Assembly: GCA_034422455.1 (NCBI GenBank)
Contig: DAOUJQ010000004.1
Span: 45,737 to 109,736 of the forward strand
Direction of reading: 5' to 3'
Length of the DNA stretch: 64,000 nucleotides
Origin: Dehalococcoidia bacterium
GTDB taxonomy: Bacteria > Chloroflexota > Dehalococcoidia > Lucifugimonadales > UBA1127
A program made the position numbers and the translations under genes. Below are positions 17,642-25,883 of this stretch, piece by piece. The stretch's first letter is position 1; every line of letters starts with the position of its first letter. Under the pieces are notes generated by a model. That model did no database searches. It saw nothing but the letters and a program-made list of their open reading frames with translations, and was not told where the DNA came from.

Positions 17642-18751
17642 ATGGCAGAGAAATCAGCGGCGGCAGTCATAGTTGCCCCTAGGGAGTTTGAGATCCGGGA
17701 GTTTGACCTGCCGGACATCCCGCCCGACGGTGGGCTGCTGCGCATCGAGCGATGCGGCATCTGCGGCAGCGACGTCCACGGCTACGACCGCATGGGCGAG
17801 GGCGTCCGCATCATGGGCCACGAGAACCTCGGCTGGATCGCCAAGATCGGCAGCGAGGCCTCCAAGCGCTGGGGCGTGAAGGAAGGCGACCGGGTCGCCG
17901 TTGAGGAGTACGTGCCTTGCGGCTCCTGCGAGTTGTGCCGCACCGGGTACCCGCGATTCTGCCCCCAGACCAGCTCCTTCGGCCACACCGGCGAAAACCC
18001 TCGCCTCTGGTACGGTTCCACGCCCATCAACGTGGAACCCGCGCTGTGGGGCGGCTACAGCCAGTACATGTACATGCACCCGGGCGCCATGGTGCACAAG
18101 GTCCCTGACCACGTGGACGCCTCGGAGGCGGCCTTCTTCTTGCCGTTCAGCAACGGCTACGAGTGGGCCGTCGAGTACGGCGGCGCCTCCATCGGCAAGA
18201 CCGTCGTCGTGCAGGGCCCCGGCCAGCAGGGCCTCGCCGCCGTCATCGCGGCGAGGGAGGCCGGCGCGTCCATGATCATCGTCAGCGGTATGGGCCGTGA
18301 CGAGCACCGCCTGGAGATCGCCCGCCGCATGGGCGCCGACTACACCGTCGACGTCGAGGCGGAAGACCTGGTCGAGCGGGTGATGCACTACACCGGCGGC
18401 CACGGCGCGGACGTGGTCGTCAACGTCACCGGCGGCGGCCGCGAGACGGTCAAGGAAGGCATCGACATGGCCGCTTTCAACGCGACCGTCTGCCTGCCCG
18501 CCGCCGGCAACGAGACCATCAACGTGGGCGGCACCGGCCGCAAGAACCTCACCATGAAGTGGTGCCACGGCCACTCCTACCGCTCGGTGGAGCGAGCGAT
18601 TAGCACCATCGCATCGGGCCGCTACCCCATCCATGAGATCGTCACCCACCACTTCGGCCTGAAGGATCTCAAGTACGCTATCGACTCCGTCGGCGGCATC
18701 GGGGCAGCGGGCGCCATCCACGTCAGCATAGACCCCTGGATGGACCTCTAA
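17642..18751 (+). CDS. Zinc-dependent alcohol dehydrogenase (MDR family)
   Basis: 369-aa ORF. Catalytic zinc motif CGICGSDVH...GHE, structural zinc CGSCELC, and Rossmann motif VQGPGQQG. Confidence 0.9.
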   Translation: MAEKSAAAVIVAPREFEIREFDLPDIPPDGGLLRIERCGICGSDVHGYDRMGEGVRIMGHENLGWIAKIGSEASKRWGVKEGDRVAVEEYVPCGSCELCRTGYPRFCPQTSSFGHTGENPRLWYGSTPINVEPALWGGYSQYMYMHPGAMVHKVPDHVDASEAAFFLPFSNGYEWAVEYGGASIGKTVVVQGPGQQGLAAVIAAREAGASMIIVSGMGRDEHRLEIARRMGADYTVDVEAEDLVERVMHYTGGHGADVVVNVTGGGRETVKEGIDMAAFNATVCLPAAGNETINVGGTGRKNLTMKWCHGHSYRSVERAISTIASGRYPIHEIVTHHFGLKDLKYAIDSVGGIGAAGAIHVSIDPWMDL

Positions 18752-18774
18752 GCCCACACCCCTCGGACGCCAGA

Positions 18775-18810
18775 GGGCCCCGCTCGTACTGAGCGGGGCC
18801 CTTGCCTTTC
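18775..18810 (+). terminator. Intrinsic terminator-like hairpin downstream of the alcohol dehydrogenase gene
   Basis: Perfect 11-bp stem GGGCCCCGCTC / GAGCGGGGCCC with loop GTACT, followed by TTGCCTTTC. Confidence 0.6.
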
Positions 18811-18883
18811 AATGCATCGCCAAACCGGCGGATGCCCTCCTCCGTACTGCGATACGGGGCCAGTATCCAGGGGAGTGGGGCAG

Positions 18884-19207
18884 CCCCGTAGGGGCGACCC
18901 TTGTGGTCGCCCGCCCCCTGTTCGTCCTGAGCCTGTCCTGAGAATAGTGGAAGGGCGCCCCACGGACAGTGGGCCCTCTCACTCGTCGTTCCTGCGAAGG
19001 CAGGAACCCAGAGGGGCAGGGGCGGGCGGGGCAACCGCCGCCACGCTCGCCCCCCAACCCCTCACCCCGTTCGCCCTGAGTCTGTCGAAGGGGTCGCTGC
19101 AAGGTCCTCGATGGGCCTTGCGGCGACGGCCTCCCACACAGCAGGGAAACCTTGGCAGACGCACCTCCCTCCCCTCATACCGGCGCATGCCGGTATCCAG
19201 AAACCCC
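18884..19207. repeat. Cluster of GC-rich palindromic repeats (RepD, RepB x2, RepC x2)
   Basis: RepD 18884-18916 (GTAGGGGCGACC-CTTGT-GGTCGCCC). RepB 18916-18955 and 19065-19093 (CCGTTCGYCCTGAG..TGTCGAAGGG). RepC 18982-19021 (TTCCTGC-GAAG-GCAGGAA + CCCAGAGGGG). RepC variant 19176-19207 (ATACCGGC-GCAT-GCCGGTAT + CCAGAAACCCC). Confidence 0.8.
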
Positions 19208-19220
19208 GCGCCCAACAACA

Positions 19221-19520
19221 CCCTGCCACCGCCCCCTTGCCCCCGACATTCCCCCGTCGCTACCATCCCCACATGCCAAACCCAACCACCCACAGAAACC
19301 GGAATCACCCAACCGAGGACTGTACACGCGCACGACGGGAATTGTTCCTCACGGGTGGCATTTTTCGAACGTGTAGGTGAAACGCGCCAATTTCCCTACA
19401 AAACGAAGACGACGCAAAACGTCGGCCAGCTACGAAAAATGACGAAACAATGCGGGCGATCGCACCGTTACGCCACGCCCCGGTGGACCGCGATCGTCCC
19501 CAGCATCAGCCCTCGGCAGC
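19221..19520 (-). repeat. Inverted copy of the segment found at 44740..45210 (segmental duplication, includes a RepH-beta element)
   Basis: The reverse complement aligns block by block with 44740-45210: GGCTGATGCTGGGGACGATCGC, GGGGCGTGGCGTAAC, ATTGTTTCGTC, TTTTCGTAGCTGG, GGGAAATTGGCGCGTTT, GAACAATTCC-GTCGTGCGCG, GGGGGCAAGGGGG-GGTGGCAGGG. It lacks the 54-bp tandem insert. Confidence 0.8.
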
Positions 19521-19521
19521 C
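19468..19521 (-). pseudogene. Orphan 3'-terminal fragment of a UbiE-like methyltransferase gene
   Basis: The reverse strand reads GCRGLMLGTIAVHRGVA-stop, matching the last 17 codons of the gene at 44103..44792 (GYRRLMLGTIAVHWGVA-stop). There is no upstream reading frame. Confidence 0.55.
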
Positions 19522-19627
19522 ATTCTCCGGAGGAAAACTCGGCAACACGAAAGGAGGGAAGACCGGGGGAATGACGCGGACGCGTGAAGTGTCCCCTGCA
19601 CCTGTGAAGGGGCGTGTTGGCGTGGCC

Positions 19628-20566
19628 CTACCCCCGCGTTGGCGCCTCCGCGGGCGGGCTCCGGCGCAGCAGCCACCCGCGCTGCTCCCACATCAGCAAC
19701 AGCTGGCTCGCGATGCCGATGGAGCTGTACGTCCCCACGATCACCCCGATGAGCAGCGTGTACAGCAGGCTCTCGATGGTGCCGCCCCCCATCAGCATCA
19801 GCGCGATGATCACCGTCAGTGTCGTCAGGCTGGTCGTCAGCGACCTCCCCAGCGTTTCCATGATGCTGACGTTGATCGTCGTGCCCATGTCGCGGGAGAT
19901 GCGCCGCGCCGTGTTCTCCCGGATGCGGTCGAACACCACGATGGTGTCGTGCACGCTGTAGCCCACCACCGTCAGGATGCCGGTGATGAACATGGCGTTC
20001 ACCTCGAGGTCGATGACCTTACCGAGAATGGAGAAGAGCCCCAGCGTGACCAGCACGTCGTGGATGCCCGCGACGATGGCCGCCGCTCCCAGCCGCAGCG
20101 AGTTCGGCATGAGCCGGAATGCGAACGAGATGTAGAGCATGATGAAGATGGACGCCACGCCCACGGCGATGCCCGCGTTCCGGATGGTCTCCTTGGCAAC
20201 CACCTCGGACACGGCGGACAGCTCCGAGCTCTCGATGGCGCCAAACTCCTGCTCCAGCCGCTCCTCGATGGTCTCGCGCTCGGAGGCGTCGCCCTCGAAC
20301 ATGGGGCTCTGCAGCGTGCGCGTGCGGATGAGCACGCCCGTGTCGCCCACGCCCTGCACAACGGCCTGCGGATGGTCCAGCTCCGCCATGACCTCGCGCA
20401 CCTGCGCCTCGTCGACGGCCTCGGCGAAGGTCAGCGACAGCGCGGAGCCGCCCTCGAATTCGATGCCCACCTGGAACCGCGGCGGGATCGACATGCTGAT
20501 GATGCCGACCACGATGACGATGGCGGAAACCATGAAGAACCATTTGCGCTTGCCCACAAAGTCCAT
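19628..20566 (-). CDS. secF: Protein translocase subunit SecF
   Basis: 312-aa ORF. MDFVGKRKWFF... N-terminus, periplasmic loop, then 5 C-terminal TM segments. Lies directly downstream of secD. Confidence 0.93.
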   Translation of the reverse strand: MDFVGKRKWFFMVSAIVIVVGIISMSIPPRFQVGIEFEGGSALSLTFAEAVDEAQVREVMAELDHPQAVVQGVGDTGVLIRTRTLQSPMFEGDASERETIEERLEQEFGAIESSELSAVSEVVAKETIRNAGIAVGVASIFIMLYISFAFRLMPNSLRLGAAAIVAGIHDVLVTLGLFSILGKVIDLEVNAMFITGILTVVGYSVHDTIVVFDRIRENTARRISRDMGTTINVSIMETLGRSLTTSLTTLTVIIALMLMGGGTIESLLYTLLIGVIVGTYSSIGIASQLLLMWEQRGWLLRRSPPAEAPTRG

Positions 20567-20569
20567 GGC

Positions 20570-21937
20570 CTAGCCCCTCCCTGCTTGGGCCTGGGACCGT
20601 CGGCCAGGGCCCGTAGTGGTTGTGCGGCCGGGCACCGGCGTGAACATGTTGGTGAATCGGGCCAGCGGTGTTGCCGCCAGGAGGCGCAGCAGCGTTTGGC
20701 TGATGATTACGGCGGTGAACATGCTCGTCGCAACGCCGATGAAGAGCGTGACGGCAAAGCCGGTGACGGCGGACGCGCCGAACCGCGAGCCGAACCAGAA
20801 CAGGATGGCGCAGGTGATCATCGTAGCCACGTTGCTGTTGAGGATCGCCGGCCACGCGCGGCTGAACCCGGCGCCGATGGCCCCGAGCAGCGCGCGGCCC
20901 GTGCGCAGCTCTTCTTTTGTGCGTTCCGAGATGAGGATGTTGGCGTCCACAGCCACGCCGATGGACAGGATGAAGCCCGCTATTCCCGCCAGCGTCAGCG
21001 TCACGGGCACCAGCTTCACGATGAAGATGACCAGGATGATGTAGCAGATAAGCGCAAGGCTGGCCATGAGCCCCGGAAGGCGGTAGTAGAGCATCATGAA
21101 CAGCACCACCAGCCCGAACCCGATAAAGCCCGCCACGAGGCTCCTGTTCAGCGACTCTTCGCCCAGTGTTGCGTCCACGTTCTGCTCGGACACGACGGCG
21201 ATGGGCGTGTCCAGCCGGCCTTCCTCCAGCTGAATGGAGATGGTCCGCACCCGCTCGAAGGTGAAGTCCGGGCCCTCGATGAACGCCTGCCCGCCGAGAA
21301 TGGCCTGCCGTGCCACCGGCGCGACGATCTCCTCGTCGTCGAGGAAGATCGGCGTGCGGTCGTTGGTGCCGGCGATCCGCGACGTCACCTCCGCGAAGAT
21401 CCGCGCGCCTTCGGCGTTGAACTCCAGGTTGACGATCGGGTTGCCGGTTGTGGGGTGCGTTCCCGCGTACGCCCGGGCCAGCAGCTCGCCCGTCAGGCCC
21501 AGGTCAATGTCGGAATACTCTGTGCAGGCCGCGTTGTCGCAAACGCGCTCCTTGAACTCCAGCTGGCCCGTCTGGCCGATGAGCCGCTTGGCCTCCTCCA
21601 CGTCGTCCACGCCGGGGAGCTGGATGAGGACGCGGTTTTCGCCGAGGAGCTGGATCGTCGGCTCCGTCACGCCGAAGGCGTTGGTCCGCCGCTCGATCTT
21701 GTCCTGCACGCCCGCCATCTGAGACGGTGTGACGCCCTCCTCCACGGCCTCGTAGATGAGCTGCACGCCGCCCTGCAGGTCCAACCCCAGGGTCAGGCCC
21801 AGGGGGCCGTCGTCGTCGCCGCGGGCGAAGCTGAACCCAAAGATGTCGATGGAGTAGGTCTGGACGGCCAGTCCCCACACTGACAGCGCAACGAGGAGAG
21901 TGATGAGGACCAGCCTGCGAACGTCTCTACCGACCAT
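20570..21937 (-). CDS. secD: Protein translocase subunit SecD
   Basis: 455-aa ORF with LGLDLQGGVQL and ERRTNAFGVTEP motifs and a C-terminal 5-TM block. Confidence 0.93.
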   Translation of the reverse strand: MVGRDVRRLVLITLLVALSVWGLAVQTYSIDIFGFSFARGDDDGPLGLTLGLDLQGGVQLIYEAVEEGVTPSQMAGVQDKIERRTNAFGVTEPTIQLLGENRVLIQLPGVDDVEEAKRLIGQTGQLEFKERVCDNAACTEYSDIDLGLTGELLARAYAGTHPTTGNPIVNLEFNAEGARIFAEVTSRIAGTNDRTPIFLDDEEIVAPVARQAILGGQAFIEGPDFTFERVRTISIQLEEGRLDTPIAVVSEQNVDATLGEESLNRSLVAGFIGFGLVVLFMMLYYRLPGLMASLALICYIILVIFIVKLVPVTLTLAGIAGFILSIGVAVDANILISERTKEELRTGRALLGAIGAGFSRAWPAILNSNVATMITCAILFWFGSRFGASAVTGFAVTLFIGVATSMFTAVIISQTLLRLLAATPLARFTNMFTPVPGRTTTTGPGRRSQAQAGRG

Positions 21938-23441
21938 GCCGCGCCTCCGCGTGGGCGGGCTCGCGTCCCAATGCTTGACTTACCAAGGTCACCGCCTCTT
22001 CTCGAGTCTTTATCTCGCCCGCCGCTCCCGACTCCTCCACCAGCCTCAGCAGAGGGCGCAGTTCCGGGCCGGCGGGCAGGTCGAACAGTGTCATCAGATC
22101 ATCGCCCGTCAGCAGCCGCTCCTGGCGCTGCGGCGACTGCTGGGTGCGGCCCTCCTCGAGGGTGAATCGCATGCGCTCGCAGTGCTGGGCCCAGTCCTCC
22201 ATGTCCAGGTCCGGCCCGCGGGCGGCCAGGTAGTCGGCCATGCAAAGGTACAACGTGTCCACCGCCACGTCCTTCAAATCGCGGAAGTACCGGTACACGG
22301 CGCGCGCCGTCGGCATTTCGCCGCGCTGCGCCAGCTGGCTTGGCCGCAGGTGCTGCTCCACCATGACCGCCACGGCCTCGCGCGCCTTCCTGCTCGATCG
22401 CAGCCGTTGCAGTACGCGCCGGGAGGTCGTCGCGCCCTTTACCGGGTGGCTCAGGAATCGCACGCGGCCGTTGGGCTGCACCGACTTCGTCTCTGGTTTG
22501 GCGACGTCGTGGAGAAGGCAGGCAAGCTTCAGGTACGTGGCTCGGGTGTGGCCGTCGGCGTACACCTCGTCGAAGTAGTCCTGCGCCCATTCCGGCCACG
22601 GCACGTGCTGTCCCGCCGGGTCCGATGCCCGGAATTCCTTGTCCAGCACGCGCTCCGCGAACTCCACGCAGTGCAACGTGTGGTGGAAGACGTCCCAGTG
22701 GTGTTCCACGGGCTGTGTCACGCCCCGGGCCGGCGACAGCTCCGGCAGCACGACGTCCAACAGCCCCAGCGTGTCCAGCAGTTCCAACGACGTTCCCACA
22801 CCCGGCAGCGAGAGGACCGTCAGCAGCTCCTCGCGCACCCGCTCGGCGGAAACGCCCGCCAGCAGCCCGGCATGCGTCCGCACGGCCCGCTCTGTCTCCG
22901 CGTCGATGGCAAAGCCCGTCTGCGCTGCGATGCGGACCGTGCGGAGCAGGCGCAAGGGGTCGTCCACGAGGGCATCATCGGAAACCTGCCTGATGACGCC
23001 CTCGCGCAGGTCTTGCAGCCCACCCGTGGGGTCGCACAGCGGCCACTGCTCCACCGGCGCGTCCGTTGCCGAAAGCGGCACGGCGATGGCGTCCACGGTG
23101 AAGTCGCGGCAGCGCAGGTCGTTCTCCACGTCTCCCTGCAGGGTGGAGACGTCGACCCGCCAGGGCACGCCGTCGGAGACGATGCCGACCACACGGTGGA
23201 TGCCGCGTTCCGGGTCCAGGAGGACCGATGCTCCGCCGAGGCTGCGGGCGATGCCCTGCGCTGTCTCGGCGGCATCGTGCGGGACGGCAATGTCGATGTC
23301 CTGGGTCTTGCGTCCCAGGAGAGCGTCACGAACGTAGCCGCCGACCAGATACGCCTGTATCCCGGCGGCGGCGCAGTGCGCGCGAAGACGCGAGAGAAGC
23401 TCCAATGATGTCCTTTCCTGACCGGACTGCAGGCTATTCAT
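21927..23441 (-). CDS. cca: CCA-adding tRNA nucleotidyltransferase / poly(A) polymerase family with HD domain
   Basis: LVGGYVRDALLGRKTQDIDIAV nucleotidyltransferase head and a C-terminal HD motif (LLHDVAKP). Start chosen at ATG 23441, which overlaps the def stop (ATGAATAG). The track ORF extends further into def. Confidence 0.85.
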   Translation of the reverse strand: MNSLQSGQERTSLELLSRLRAHCAAAGIQAYLVGGYVRDALLGRKTQDIDIAVPHDAAETAQGIARSLGGASVLLDPERGIHRVVGIVSDGVPWRVDVSTLQGDVENDLRCRDFTVDAIAVPLSATDAPVEQWPLCDPTGGLQDLREGVIRQVSDDALVDDPLRLLRTVRIAAQTGFAIDAETERAVRTHAGLLAGVSAERVREELLTVLSLPGVGTSLELLDTLGLLDVVLPELSPARGVTQPVEHHWDVFHHTLHCVEFAERVLDKEFRASDPAGQHVPWPEWAQDYFDEVYADGHTRATYLKLACLLHDVAKPETKSVQPNGRVRFLSHPVKGATTSRRVLQRLRSSRKAREAVAVMVEQHLRPSQLAQRGEMPTARAVYRYFRDLKDVAVDTLYLCMADYLAARGPDLDMEDWAQHCERMRFTLEEGRTQQSPQRQERLLTGDDLMTLFDLPAGPELRPLLRLVEESGAAGEIKTREEAVTLVSQALGREPAHAEARHGR

Positions 23442-24000
23442 CTGACTCTGCACCGGCGTCCTCATCGTCTTCCGGCGCATCGTCGCTGCCCCGTGCGTAT
23501 TCGGCTGGCGGCCCGTCGGACAGCCTCCAGATTGCGTCTTTGGCGACAAGGTGCTCAACGTAAAGGTGGCCGTTCAGGTGGCCGATTTCGTGCTCCAGGG
23601 CCTGCGCCAGCAGGTTGTCCCTGGCGGTCAGCCGGTGCTTGCGGCCCTGCAGGTCCTGATAGCGCACCTTTACCCGGTTGGAGCGAAGCACCATGCCCTG
23701 ATAGCCGCTGACGCTGAGACAGCCCTCGTAGAGCCGGCGTTCGCCCTCCTGCGAGACGAGCTCCGGGTTGACGAAGACGCGCACGTCCTCTTCCTCCGGG
23801 ATCTCGATAACGCAGAGCATGAGCGGGACGCCTATCTGGTTGGCGGCAAGACCCACGCCGTTGGCTTGCCGCATTGCCTCGATCATCTCCTCCACCAGCG
23901 GCGGCAGAGAGGCATCGAAGCTGGTCACCTTGAGGGTCTTTCGGGTCAGCACCGGCTCCGGGAACTGGCAGATGGGTCGAACGTCCAAGTGGGCCCTCAC
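23434..24000 (-). CDS. def: Peptide deformylase
   Basis: Motifs GVGLAANQIG, EGCLSV and HEIGHLNG. GTG start at 24000. An alternative TTG at 23988 is preceded by GAGGG. Confidence 0.92.
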   Translation of the reverse strand: MRAHLDVRPICQFPEPVLTRKTLKVTSFDASLPPLVEEMIEAMRQANGVGLAANQIGVPLMLCVIEIPEEEDVRVFVNPELVSQEGERRLYEGCLSVSGYQGMVLRSNRVKVRYQDLQGRKHRLTARDNLLAQALEHEIGHLNGHLYVEHLVAKDAIWRLSDGPPAEYARGSDDAPEDDEDAGAESDE

Positions 24001-24027
24001 TCACAGTATGCTGCAAGCAACTAACCT

Positions 24028-24056
24028 ATTATAGGGACGCCCCTGGTTTCAGTAAA
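24028..24056 (-). promoter_or_regulatory. Putative sigma-70-type promoter of the def-cca-secDF operon
   Basis: On the minus strand, TTTACT - 17 nt - TATAAT, about 25 nt upstream of the def start. Confidence 0.45.
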
Positions 24057-24203
24057 GGAGCGCGGGGGCTTGCGACCACACGAGGGCGGCTACCCTCTCC
24101 CCTTCGGCACAGCCTTGACTTTGCCATAGGCTGCTGCAACACTGAGCCGTCGATTCAAGTATATGTCAGCTAGGCACCCCAGTCGCAGAGGTGACAGCGC
24201 TCG

Positions 24204-25193
24204 ATGCCCCCCTTGCTCGAAGTTCGTGACCTCCATACGCACTTCGTCACCCGCATGGGTACGGTGAAGGCCGTCAACGGCGTGAGCTTCACCCTTGAGG
24301 AGGGGCAGGTCCTGGGCCTCGTCGGCGAGAGCGGCTCCGGCAAGAGCACCCTGGCTCTCTCGCTGGTGCGCCTTGCGCCCTTCCCCGGGGAGGTCGTCGG
24401 CGGCGAGGTGTTGCTGAACGGCCGCGATCTCATGCAGATGTCGGAGTTGGAGCTGCAGGACATCCGCGGCAAGGAGATCGGCATTGTGCTGCAGGACGCC
24501 AGCGCCGCGTTGAACCCCACCCTGCGCATCGACAACCAGATGGTGGAGGCGCTGGAGGGTCACTTTCAACTGGGGCGCAAGCAGTCCGAACGTTTGGCGG
24601 TGGACCTGCTTCGTGACATGGGCCTGCCGGACGCGCCGGAGATGATGAAACGCTACCCGTACCAGGTCAGCGGCGGTCAGGCGCAGCGCATAATGCTGGC
24701 CATGGCGCTGGCCCTCAGCCCGAAGATCATCGTCGCCGACGAGCCCACGGCCAACCTCGACGTCACGATACAGGCCGAGATCCTCGCGCGGCTGCGGCGG
24801 CTGCAGCGGCAGAATGGCGCCGCCATCCTTTACATCACCCACGACTTGGGCGTCGTGAGCCGCGTGGCCGACGACGTGGCGGTCATATACGCCGGCTCGA
24901 TCATGGAGCAGGCGACGGCCCGCGATCTCTTCGACCGGCCGACGAACCCGTACACCCACGGCTTGCTGCAGAGCCTGCCGCGCATCGACGTCAAGCAGCA
25001 GGTGCTGACGTCCATTCCGGGCCAGCCGCCCGACATGATGGACCTGCCGGACGAGTGTCCCTTCCTGCCCCGGTGCCACAAGGCCCTCGCCACCTGCCGG
25101 GTGAACCCCAAGCCGGCGCTGGAGGAGATGTTCGAGCGGCACTACGTAGCCTGCTTCAACCCCATGGACCCGGAAGGGCTCCTGGGCCGGTAG
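24204..25193 (+). CDS. ABC transporter ATP-binding protein, oligopeptide/dipeptide (OppD/F) type
   Basis: 329-aa ORF. Walker A GESGSGKST, signature VSGGQAQR, Walker B IIVADEPTANLD, and a C-terminal CPFLPRC tail. Confidence 0.88.
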   Translation: MPPLLEVRDLHTHFVTRMGTVKAVNGVSFTLEEGQVLGLVGESGSGKSTLALSLVRLAPFPGEVVGGEVLLNGRDLMQMSELELQDIRGKEIGIVLQDASAALNPTLRIDNQMVEALEGHFQLGRKQSERLAVDLLRDMGLPDAPEMMKRYPYQVSGGQAQRIMLAMALALSPKIIVADEPTANLDVTIQAEILARLRRLQRQNGAAILYITHDLGVVSRVADDVAVIYAGSIMEQATARDLFDRPTNPYTHGLLQSLPRIDVKQQVLTSIPGQPPDMMDLPDECPFLPRCHKALATCRVNPKPALEEMFERHYVACFNPMDPEGLLGR

Positions 25194-25207
25194 TCCAGTA
25201 AAAGGAA

Positions 25208-25237
25208 ACGGGGCCCCTGAGGGCCCCGTCTTCATTT
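25208..25237. terminator. Bidirectional intrinsic terminator between convergent ABC ATPase and hsp20 genes
   Basis: 9-bp stem ACGGGGCCC / GGGCCCCGT with loop CTGA. It is flanked by an A-rich run (AAAAGGAAA) on the left and a T-rich run (CTTCATTTC) on the right. Confidence 0.6.
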
Positions 25238-25256
25238 CGGGACTGCCCGATTCGGC

Positions 25257-25682
25257 TTAGCTGCCGTTGGAGCCGACCGTGAGCTTACGGGCCTTGCGCT
25301 CCTCCGCCTTGGGCAGGGTGACGGTCAGGACGCCGTGCTCGTAGTGGGTGGCCGCCTCGTCGGCGTTCACGAACTCCGGCAGCCGGATGGAGCGACGGAA
25401 TGAGCCCGCGCGGCGCTCACGGATGACAAAGCGCTCGTCCGTGGTCTCCTCCGCGGACTCCGTCTTGCCGTCGATGGTCAGGACGTTGTCCTCGATGGTG
25501 ACGTCCAGGTCCTCAGGCTTGATGCCCGGGACCGACGCCGTGACCGTCACGCCGTCCTCGCGCTCCACCACGTCGAGGGGGAGCGTCCAGCGGTCCGCCC
25601 CGGCCAGCGACCGGAAGCCGCGATTCCTGTGCCCGTGGAACCTCCGCAACTCTCGGAACGGGTCGTAGTGCAACATGTACAT
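25257..25682 (-). CDS. Small heat-shock protein (Hsp20/alpha-crystallin family)
   Basis: Start ATG 25682 is preceded by AAGGAGG. The alpha-crystallin domain runs LDVVEREDGVTVTASVPGIKPEDLDVTIEDNVLTI...GVLTVTLPK. Confidence 0.9.
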   Translation of the reverse strand: MYMLHYDPFRELRRFHGHRNRGFRSLAGADRWTLPLDVVEREDGVTVTASVPGIKPEDLDVTIEDNVLTIDGKTESAEETTDERFVIRERRAGSFRRSIRLPEFVNADEAATHYEHGVLTVTLPKAEERKARKLTVGSNGS

Positions 25683-25777
25683 GCCGTGCCTCCTTGTGCC
25701 TGCGCTCTTGCGCACTGTCTTGCTGACGCCGGACAACCGGATAGGAAACAGCTTTGTCCGGCGTTGGCTCAAGGCAT

Positions 25778-25864
25778 AGCTTACCATCGACTCTACACTT
25801 AGTCAAGAACTTTCTTTAATCTTTATTCAATAAACTTGACACAATCTGTATCATAGTTCATGCT
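25778..25864. promoter_or_regulatory. AT-rich divergent promoter region for hsp20 (minus) and dnaJ-hspR-clpB (plus)
   Basis: Minus strand: TTGACT (25806-25801) - 17 nt - TAAGCT (25783-25778). Plus strand: TTGACA (25836-25841) - 17 nt - CATGCT (25859-25864). This is the only strongly AT-rich stretch in this part of the window. Confidence 0.45.
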
Positions 25865-25883
25865 GATGATATAAGAGGAACAC

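Noticed and set aside
25790-25883. Canonical HspR operator (HAIR, CTTGAGT-N7-ACTCAAG) in the hsp20/dnaJ intergenic region
   Set aside because: Only AGTCAAG and CTTGAC half-sites are present, with a spacer of about 28 nt, and they coincide with the two -35 boxes. The arrangement does not match HAIR, so I make no operator call.
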